Origin: Candidatus Latescibacterota bacterium
GTDB taxonomy: Bacteria > Latescibacterota > UBA2968 > GCA-2709665
Direction: 5' to 3'
Length of the DNA: 64,000 bases
Assembly: GCA_965248435.1 (NCBI GenBank)
Contig: OZ252100.1
Span: 1,184,001-1,248,000 of the forward strand
Made by a program: the position numbers and the translations under genes. Positions 46,905-55,021 of this stretch are shown one piece after another. Each line of letters begins with the position of its first letter. The first letter of the stretch is position 1. The notes beneath the pieces were generated by a model, which made no database searches, had not been told where the DNA came from, and saw only the letters and a list, made by a program, of their open reading frames with translations.

Positions 46905-47238
46905 TTAGGCTAACACTTTGTCAATGGTTCGCATCATCTCTTCTACGTCTACAGGCTTGGACAAAGAGCGAGCAGCTCCCAATTCCCTCGCTGAGTTCAT
47001 TAATCCAGGTTTGCTTTCAAACGAACCTGAAATAGCTGAGTTCTCGAATCACTTCCAATCCGCTTTTCTGAGGCATCTGGATATCTGTGATGACTAAATC
47101 GGTTTGTTCTTCTCGGTAAGCAGCAACTCCACTTTCTCCATCAGAAGCTTCTAGGACATTATGCCCTGCAACTTCTAGGGTCCGTCGGAGCACTCGCCTA
47201 ACAAGATTTTCGTCGTCGATGATTAGGATATTTGCCAT
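46905..47238 (-). pseudogene. Response regulator broken by an internal deletion/frameshift
   Basis: ILIIDDE...EVIREL, then AISG...ARELGAARSLSKPVD...KVLA* in another frame ending at 46905. Confidence 0.8.
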
Positions 47239-47424
47239 ACCACAATATCTTGTGTTTCCGAATGTTAGGTATTGCCATCCCTGGAATCTTACATTATCTT
47301 ATATACACCAATGGGGCAGTTTACTGCTCTGTTTGGTTTGGGCCGGGGGGTCTGTCCACCAAGACTAACACCCCTCGGCTTCTATTTTGATACTAAGACT
47401 TGCTAATCCCGCTACATCCTCAAC

Positions 47425-48462
47425 CTAGGCAACTTTACGCATTTTCCTTCCAGACTTTTTCCTCTTTTCCTCTCTCCTAAATCGACGTATAACCATATCA
47501 ATCAAAGTCCCGCCTAATTCAGCGTGTGGATGCCCTTTCAACTTCTCGGCCTCTTCCAAGCTGCTACAATTTGAAATCTCCAAGCTAATCTCAAGACGCT
47601 GAGCCAATTCCCAAGGCTTGTGCTGGCGAAATATAGAGAAAAGTGGATCAATCATCTCTGGATGATATTCCAAGATGAAGTTTAAAATAGCAGGCCAACA
47701 GACAAGCTTAGCTGGTCCACCATAAATCGTTGGGACAAACAAACGACCAATGAGATGGTCTATGATGGCTAACATAGCAGGAGGCATGTCCTCGCCCACT
47801 GAAAGCTGGATAAGTTTTACAATGGCAAAGTGATTCTGATATATTTCTTTGATCTGAAAAGGATCGAATTTCTCTGGAAACACCATCCCCATTGAGCGTT
47901 TCCCACCAGTCTTTAATATGACGTTTTTGAATTCGCCTTTTGACACATCGCTCATTTGCAGCGAAGTGAATTTTCCGAATCGGACATTCTCAACCTCTGT
48001 ATGGATCTTAGCTCCTGTAAGATCCCACGTATTCATATCTATGTCTTTTACCTTTGCATCAGTTAGATTAGCAAAACGGAGCTTGACGTCTCTTCCTGTA
48101 GTTCTCTCTAGGTTGGCACCGCTTAGGTCCATTCCTGTTAAATCCCATCCAGATAAGTCCTCGCCAGAAAGGTCAGCTCCTCTTAGGTCTTTGCCGTGAT
48201 AGCCGTTTTGATGGCCATTCAAGAGACTTCTAGCAGGAACGTTTCCTTTTGTTTCATATTCGATGAACTCAGCCAAGCTCAGAGCTGTGGAATCCTTCAT
48301 TCGTCGAATATTACCCCTGATGGCCTGGCTAATTGTATCACGGCTTATCCTATGCCCATTTTGTTTGGTCCAGGCTTCTGTATACTCAAGCTTAAAACCT
48401 TGAGTATCGTAAAGTTCCTTGAGGGCATTTGACAGGCGAGAAGTGACTAAAGCTCCAGGCAT
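47425..48462 (-). CDS. Pentapeptide-repeat protein with N-terminal HTH-like segment
   Basis: KDLRGADLSGEDLSGWDLTGMDLSGANLE repeats; N-terminal ISRDTISQAIRG...TALSLAEFI. Confidence 0.8.
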   Translation of the reverse strand: MPGALVTSRLSNALKELYDTQGFKLEYTEAWTKQNGHRISRDTISQAIRGNIRRMKDSTALSLAEFIEYETKGNVPARSLLNGHQNGYHGKDLRGADLSGEDLSGWDLTGMDLSGANLERTTGRDVKLRFANLTDAKVKDIDMNTWDLTGAKIHTEVENVRFGKFTSLQMSDVSKGEFKNVILKTGGKRSMGMVFPEKFDPFQIKEIYQNHFAIVKLIQLSVGEDMPPAMLAIIDHLIGRLFVPTIYGGPAKLVCWPAILNFILEYHPEMIDPLFSIFRQHKPWELAQRLEISLEISNCSSLEEAEKLKGHPHAELGGTLIDMVIRRFRREEKRKKSGRKMRKVA

Positions 48463-49015
48463 GACTCATTACTCCCTTGTCAAGAACTCCTGAAAACTCC
48501 TGAAAGAATTCAGATGTTTTTCTAGAATATTTTGATAAATTTAGCTTATTGCTACCGTACATAACGCGGCGGCGATACTGGGGCTGAGGGGCGTTTTTCT
48601 CCGCAAGAGTGGACGCTCCTTGGCCTTTTGTTTTGCCTACCTAATTTCCTACCCCCCGGCTCAAAAGTCAAGTTGAAAAGCAGTCGCTGAGTAGGCATTC
48701 TGAATGTTCCCTTTCTGAGTCTTGACATCTAACCCATATTGGTATACTTTTGTGCACTACTCTCCAAACTGGCTCATAATTGAAGGTTCGGTAACTAAAA
48801 GATGATCGCATTGATCCAAACGCAGATTTCCCCTGTCGAAGCGGTCGAAAATCCGTTGGCGGTTATAAAGCTAGCGCGTTTTCTTTATGCACATTTTTGT
48901 ATAAAGGTCACATTTTTGAATGTTCGAGGTTAACAGAAGAGAGAAGCCACAGTGTTTTCTTTCACTTACATAGATTGCGTTGTACATTTCAACCTGAAAA
49001 AAGCGAGACTATGGC

Positions 49016-49306
49016 TTGGCGGCTACACCTTCAAAGAGCTTTCGCGAACAGCTCAAGGGTGCAATATCTGATTTTCTCGGTCGAGAAGAGATGCCTTGTT
49101 ATAAGACTGAAGAGGCAATCCTAGAGCTTGTTGTCGCATTGTCCAGTTACACAGAGGAAGGAACCAATCTCTTTCCCAGGATACTAATCTGCGATGAGTT
49201 GCATGAGACCTTACGCATACTCAATGGAAGGAACAAGGTTCCGATAGGTCGCGAGGCTGGTCAAGTCGAAAAGCGATGTTTGGCAAGTCGCAAAATCCGC
49301 CAATAG
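49016..49306 (+). pseudogene. Probable N-terminal gene fragment
   Basis: LSSYTEEGTNLFPRILIC resembles sensor domains found N-terminal to DisA-like cyclases (from memory); the ORF degenerates afterwards. Confidence 0.3.
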
Positions 49307-49362
49307 CCTTCAGCGTCTCTTGATGCAAGGACAGCCTCGCAAGTGAGCCGTGAGGATATTGA

Positions 49363-49563
49363 GTGACCCGCCCAATGGTCGAGGCGTCAGAAGCTATAGG
49401 GTACGTTATCGCCGAGGGAGAGATGACTTACGCCCTTACGGATTCTGGCACAGAACTTCCTTCCACGATGAAGATTCGGCCCCAAGAGAGCTTCTTCGAC
49501 AAGCTCATCAAACGGTTCAAACTAGACATCTCGTTTGACATTACGAAGCTATTCAAGCAGTAG
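49363..49563 (+). CDS. Small hypothetical protein or 3' gene remnant before an attC-like site
   Basis: The stop codon is followed within a few nt by an attC-like sequence. Confidence 0.35.
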   Translation: MTRPMVEASEAIGYVIAEGEMTYALTDSGTELPSTMKIRPQESFFDKLIKRFKLDISFDITKLFKQ

Positions 49564-49567
49564 TGAG

Positions 49568-49624
49568 ACCCCAACCATTCCTTTCAGCCGACGGCGTTCC
49601 GCCGCCGCGAAGGCCGCGTTATCT
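49568..49624 (+). other. Degenerate integron attC-like site
   Basis: ACCCAAC...TTCAGCCGACGGCG...CGCCG...GCGTTATC: RYYYAAC/GTT ends with an internal dyad. Confidence 0.5.
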
Positions 49625-49653
49625 CATTCAATCATTTTCAACATATTCCACTA

Positions 49654-50076
49654 ATAGAAAAACGAATAATACTGATTTCCTGTGCGAGGAAAAAACGAGA
49701 TACGAAATCCAAAGCAAAAGATATGTATGTAAGCGCTTTGTTTAAGAAAAGTCTAGCTTATGCAAATCAGATACAACCAGTAAAGAAGAATATTTACATC
49801 CTATCTGCAAAACACGGGTTATTGCCATTAGATCAGGAGATTGAACCATATGAATTTTCATTGAAATTCTTATCAAATGTGAAGGTAAAGAAATGGGCAA
49901 AAAACGTATTAAATCAATTGGAAGAAGTATGTACACTTGACGAAACTGATTTCATTCTTTTTGCTGGTGAAAGATATAGAAGATACTTAGTGCCACACCT
50001 AAAATCTTATGAAATTCCTCTTAAAGGATTGGGTATTGGCAAACAGTTAAAAGAACTTAATGAGCTTGTAAAATGA
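49654..50076 (+). CDS. DUF6884-family protein; canonical start apparently lost
   Basis: In-frame KRIILISCARKK...AKDMYVSALFKKS...ILSAKHGLL...AGERY...GLGIGKQL; first ATG is at 49723, after the conserved ISC motif. Confidence 0.75.
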   Translation: MEKRIILISCARKKRDTKSKAKDMYVSALFKKSLAYANQIQPVKKNIYILSAKHGLLPLDQEIEPYEFSLKFLSNVKVKKWAKNVLNQLEEVCTLDETDFILFAGERYRRYLVPHLKSYEIPLKGLGIGKQLKELNELVK

Positions 50077-50711
50077 GCCAAAAGTGTTGTTTGATCACAA
50101 CCGTTTTTAATGACCTTAATCGATACAATTTTCCCTATGATGAATCCTATATTCCAAAGAATGGTATCTACATTTTATTTGAAAAGAGAGAAACCGGCCA
50201 TAAATGTGATAGAGTGGTGAGAATCGGAACTCATACAGGAATTAATCAGTTACGATCAAGATTAACACAACATTTTCTGAAGGAAAATAAAGATAGAAGT
50301 ATCTTTAGAAAGAATATTGGAAGAGCAATATTAAACAAAAGAAAAGATCCTTTTCTCAAACATTGGGAAATCGATCTAACAACAAAAGAGACAAAAGAAG
50401 AATATTTCAGGTTAATCAATTTGAATTATCAAATGGAGGTTGAAAGTGAAGTCAGTGTGTATATTAGGAATAATTTTTCGTTTGTTGTTTTCGAAGTCGG
50501 AAAAAACGAAAAGCGTCTTGAATTGGAATCTAAAATTGTATCAACGGTGTCACTCTGTGAAAAATGTAGACCATCAAGCTCATGGCTGGGGAACTTTTCA
50601 ACAAAGGAAAAAATTGTTAATAGTGGTCTATGGCAAATAAATGAGCTCTATAAGAAACAGTTGAATAGTAATGATATTGATGAGTTAGCTAGGTTAATGA
50701 AAAAGGTTTGA
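50073..50711 (+). CDS. GIY-YIG-like nuclease-family protein
   Basis: NGIYILFE...VVRIGTH...LRSRLTQH and LELES; ATGA overlap with the DUF6884 gene. Confidence 0.7.
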   Translation: MSQKCCLITTVFNDLNRYNFPYDESYIPKNGIYILFEKRETGHKCDRVVRIGTHTGINQLRSRLTQHFLKENKDRSIFRKNIGRAILNKRKDPFLKHWEIDLTTKETKEEYFRLINLNYQMEVESEVSVYIRNNFSFVVFEVGKNEKRLELESKIVSTVSLCEKCRPSSSWLGNFSTKEKIVNSGLWQINELYKKQLNSNDIDELARLMKKV

Positions 50712-50781
50712 ATTTCTCATAATGAGGTCGGAAAATGAAAACATTTACCGTAGTTTTTATATGGTTTGGAAAGGAGGTAGA

Positions 50782-52388
50782 ATGTTAAGTAATTACTTAG
50801 GTTCTCAACCTCATTATGGATAATCCATCTAAACCAACAAGCAAGACGAAATAGGCTCGCGCTTATTTGCGGTGCCGGAATCTCAATTGATGCTGGGATA
50901 CCATCGTGGAATACGCTTGTGGAGAGAATCGCTCGCAATCTAAAGGATATTCCAGAAGACTCCATTCAATTCTTTGGTGCTGGTTATAGTCCTACCTTTT
51001 TGACACAAATTGCTTATGAGCATTTTATTCGTAAATGTAAGCTATATAATACGACTGATAGACTCCTCGCGAATGAATACTGGGCAAGAATTGTTCATGA
51101 GTCTCTTTACCAAGACTGCGATCAATCTATTGACAATATCTTGAATTCACATCCATATTTACGGCAACTGGCCAGACTAGCATTCAAATGTCCACAGATT
51201 GTAACTTTTAATTTTGATAATCTGTTATCAGAAGCAATGCAAGTGCATGCATCAGAAGTAGCGAAGACTGGTGGTCATTTGGTTCCACCAGACATTTCTG
51301 TTAAACCAGGCTTAATTGATAAACCTGGTGCACCTACAATATTCCACATTAATGGATTATTACCAAGAAATCTACAGAGAAAACGAAGCGAGCATTTAGT
51401 ATTCACCGAAAATGCTTTTGCTGACGCTATGTTGTCAACAAACAGCTTAGAATTCAATCACATTTTGTTTAACCTCAGCAACTATACAAACTTGATAATC
51501 GGGCATTCGCTAAACGATTCATCGCTCAAGAATTTACTGAGGGGGTCAAGGCAAAGGGCTCCTGCGCAATTGAATTATTTCATTAGCTGGGTTGATGAAA
51601 AGGAACCACCAAATGATCAAGTAATGCAAGATATTTTTGCCGTTAATCTGGAAGTGTATAATCTGATAACGATTTTTGCCACTACTTCAGACATTGCAGA
51701 GATCCTAAAACTAATAAATATAACAGAAGAAATCGATTTCGCGGCAGCATTAAGACCTTTCGGGATTTCATCCATTAAATATCTATACTACATTGTTGGT
51801 CCCGTCGCATCTGGCAAAACTTCGGTTCTGCTGCATTTACGCTATTTCCAGACCTATGAAGAATGGTTAGATCCAGTTCCACCGTTGATGTATCTAAGTC
51901 ATAACCTCCTAACAGATGAACAGCGTTCAGATGTTGAAAAATGGGTATTAGACCAATTAGATAAGAAGAACAGAATAATGCAAAGGACTGAGGCGGGTTT
52001 CTATTTTATGGATAGAGCACCCTTAGATGCTTTGGTTTTTTCTGCTACTGAAGAGGAACGAAGAAAAAAGGCATGTGCTCTGTCCAAGTGCTTTCAAGCT
52101 GATAACCAGCTTACAAATGCTCAGATCCAGTTCATTTATGCCGAAGGGAAGGCGCTAGAAGAGAGGAACATTCGACGAGGCAGACTTCCTGAACAAGGAG
52201 GGGATTCAGATTATATTGATAAACAAACTAATGATCTATTAACACTCTATACTCCAGACAAAATCTATGATGCAACAAACAAAAGTTCTGGAGAAATCGC
52301 AAGAGAAATTGTAATCTCAACATTACTTGATGATTATGAAGAGAAGAATTTAGGAAGCATATTGGAAGAAGAAACCAATGAAATCTAA
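50782..52388 (+). CDS. SIR2-like domain fused to a C-terminal P-loop nucleoside/nucleotide-kinase-like domain; 5' frameshift
   Basis: LICGAGISIDAGIPSW, VTFNFDN, FHING, IIGHSLND; then GPVASGKTS, EEW, MDRAPLD. The AAGGAGGT SD-linked ATG at 50782 is out of frame near 50820. Confidence 0.8.
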
Positions 52389-52803
52389 AGTATATTTTGC
52401 AGCTCCTCTGTTTACAAAAGAAGAACGATCCTTCAATTCGTTTCTAACAGATATTCTGTCAAAGAGATACTATGTTTATCTTCCCCAAAGAGATGGTGTC
52501 CTGCTAGAAAACGAGGCTCGTAAAGGGAAATCGGTTGCTCAGGTAAAAGAGCTTATTTTTGAGAAGGACTGTGAAGCAATCAGAGACTGTAATATTGTTT
52601 TTGCTGTTCTTAACGGTAGAACCATTGATGAGGGTGTTTGTTTTGAACTTGGCTATGGATTTGCTCTGGGGAAGAAATGCTGGAGCTATAAAGAAGATTG
52701 GCGCTCTTTGTTTAAATATGGTGATAATCCAATGATTGAAGGTGCAATACAACACTATTTCAAGTCAATTGACAAACTTGTAACCTTCATTAGCGATCGT
52801 TAA
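52378..52803 (+). CDS. Nucleoside 2-deoxyribosyltransferase-family protein
   Basis: VYFAAPLF, YLPQRDG, DCEAI, DEGVCFELGYG, NPMI; overlaps the SIR2 gene end. Confidence 0.9.
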   Translation: MKSKVYFAAPLFTKEERSFNSFLTDILSKRYYVYLPQRDGVLLENEARKGKSVAQVKELIFEKDCEAIRDCNIVFAVLNGRTIDEGVCFELGYGFALGKKCWSYKEDWRSLFKYGDNPMIEGAIQHYFKSIDKLVTFISDR

Positions 52804-53237
52804 TTCAAAGTTCTTGCTTTTCCAAAGTGAATACACTGCGGTAAATATAGACAAAGGAAATAGTCGGGTAGCCGGCGGATTTTCTCCCCCAGCTCCCAAA
52901 GCAGGTGCCCCACTCCTTCAAGAGTGAGTTTCTGATGTATGTGCTTATTCTCGTAATAGTTAAATCAAAAGTACAGGTCTATTTTCGTAACAGGCCACTA
53001 GAATCATAAAACAGAGAAAAATTGAAGCCCATCCTGGATTCGACTTGAGCATCAGGCGTCGTTCGGTCACCCTCCTATTCCCTCAACGATCTCGCAAAAC
53101 GCTGTCCTCTGAAATTCCCTGTCTGAAATTTCACCAATGACCGAAGTGTAAGCCTCCTTGAGAGGATTCGGTAGGTTTGGGACTCTAGTCCGACCTGCTC
53201 ATTCTCCGTAAAGTGCAGATGAAACCCAATCCACCTT

Positions 53238-53495
53238 TTACAATCCAGGAGGGATTCCTCGGATGCCTATGTAGTCCTTTTCAGCCGTTTTCAGGCCCTT
53301 CTCGGGAAGTGATGGGGTTTCTTTGCCCAAAATCCCAAAAACCCCATAAATGCCAGTCTTCAGAGGCTTTAGTATCAGTGCGTCCTTTCTCTCGCTTAAG
53401 TCCATCTCCAGGAGAGTGTCCTCTTCAATTTCCAGTTCCTTACGAAACTCAGAAGGGATCGAGACCTGCCTTCCTTTTGTCGTTTTTGTTAGCAT
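53238..53495 (-). CDS. Orphan AbrB-family antitoxin paralog
   Basis: MLTKTTKGRQVSIPSEFRKELEIEED...DALILKPLKTG, near-identical to 12341; the C-terminus diverges and no PIN gene follows. Confidence 0.7.
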   Translation of the reverse strand: MLTKTTKGRQVSIPSEFRKELEIEEDTLLEMDLSERKDALILKPLKTGIYGVFGILGKETPSLPEKGLKTAEKDYIGIRGIPPGL

Positions 53496-53559
53496 TCTGC
53501 ATAACCTCATTCAGAATGAAGCATTTGAAGTATTTAAAGCTTTCGGCTTGCTCTCTTTG

Positions 53560-53745
53560 CACTTCGGACACTTGGGCATTTTCTCCACCAATTGGAGAAG
53601 AGGGCTTTTCACCCTCTCCAATTTCCTCACTTCTCTCAACCGCCTTCTTCCTAAATACTGAGAACAGCTTCATATCCTCATCTTTCTTGTTCTTTCCAAT
53701 GCCGTTAAAGACTATTCTCACTTCATCTCCCACACTTACTGTCTG
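53560..53745 (-). pseudogene. 3' remnant of the OB-fold gene at 9628
   Basis: VGDEVRIVFNGIGKNKKDEDMKLFSVF matches VGAEVRVVYNGIGKNKKDEDMKLFSVF. Confidence 0.8.
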
Positions 53746-53764
53746 AATATTCACAGGGCAGAAA

Positions 53765-54208
53765 TTGTTATTGGCTTCAGTGTTCCTCTTTTTCTGTATG
53801 GAAAAACGAAAATATGGCCTTCAGCTCTTCGATGAAAACTATCTCCCACGACCCTCACCGCCGTTTCCCTTCGGGATGCAACCTCAACATTCGGTTGGGA
53901 ATGCTGGGTTGTTCCGGAAACTCTTGACAGGATTGGCGGCGCTCCAAAGGAATTCATTGGTCCGTTATAGAGATCCATCTATTGAAGGAATGTTGAAGGA
54001 GAGCGTTGTTGAGGAAGCACTCAATGAGACCGGTATGAATTCAGAACGAAGATATCCGTATCTCGAAGCAGAGGTGAGTGATGCAGTGGAAAGCGGTAGG
54101 TATTTTCGAACTCTAGGAGCGTCGAAATCCAGTCGTGGCCGGAGCCTTCTGGAGCAAATGGACTTACTCCCTCGTGAGCTCCCACGAGACAGTATCAGCA
54201 TTTCCTAA
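53765..54208 (+). CDS. Possible hypothetical protein or fragment
   Basis: 147-aa ORF with no recognised motif. Confidence 0.25.
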   Translation: MLLASVFLFFCMEKRKYGLQLFDENYLPRPSPPFPFGMQPQHSVGNAGLFRKLLTGLAALQRNSLVRYRDPSIEGMLKESVVEEALNETGMNSERRYPYLEAEVSDAVESGRYFRTLGASKSSRGRSLLEQMDLLPRELPRDSISIS

Positions 54209-54454
54209 GAACGGGATTCTATGTGAGGGAAGGAATGATCTACAGGGGACCTCGGTAAATCCCTGTGGCAAATTTGAGGAGATATGGTCGTGCAGCTAAG
54301 CGCTAAGTGCTCAAGGAGTTGAATTCGAATTTGTGGAAGATCCTGAAGACCTAGCTAGCTAAGGCTATTGCGTCTTTCATTCCCGGTGGAGTTCGTAAAG
54401 CTATATTCGATCGTTACCGAACTGGATGTCAGAGATGTAATCCCCCCCTAGACC

Positions 54455-54776
54455 TCCTTTCCAAAGTTCTGAGCAAACGTCAGAAAGTCCAAGAAGTCTA
54501 CTGCCTGTTATTGTCAAAATCAAATTTTGCATCGAACTTTTCTTCTCCTTGCTTTGTGCCAAAACCCTGTGCAAAGGCGAGGAAATCAAGGAAGTCTACT
54601 TTGTTGTTGCCATCAAAGTCACCAACCAAGAGAGTAGCTATCGTAACGGTGAAAGCGTGCTGGCCCGCAATGGAAACAAGAGCTCCTTCATCATCTTCAG
54701 TTCCATAGATCTGGTCATTCGGAAGAATTTGCTTGTCAAACACGTGTCCGTCCCTCCTATTGGCCAGAATAGGCAT
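54455..54776 (-). pseudogene. Fragment with dockerin/EF-hand-like repeat, frameshifted
   Basis: GDFDGNNKVDFLDFLAFAQGFG...KFDFDNN, then VDFLDFLTFAQNFGK in another frame. Confidence 0.7.
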
Positions 54777-54831
54777 GCTAGGAGGATGCCAGCAGAGAAG
54801 GACTTAAAGGCAATCGAAAGGAAGCCATGTT

Positions 54832-54891
54832 AAAAAAATAGAAACCCCGAGGACTACCAACGAAGCTCTGTCGGTATATATCCTCGGGGTC
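54832..54891 (-). terminator. Hairpin with U-tract downstream of the RND gene
   Basis: ACCCCGAGGA / TCCTCGGGGT stem followed on the minus strand by TTCTATTTTTTT. Confidence 0.55.
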
Positions 54892-55021
54892 AAATAGGAC
54901 CGGAGGCGCTGGCATCCCCCGGTCAACGCAGCCCGGCAAGATGAGACCCCTAGATCACGGCCAGGTTGCGTCACGATCCAGTCATCAAAAGCCCCGCTTG
55001 TGCTCCGACATCAGCCATCCG

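Noticed and set aside
53213-53746. 177-aa plus-strand ORF
   Set aside because: It is the antisense shadow of the AbrB and OB-fold paralog remnants.
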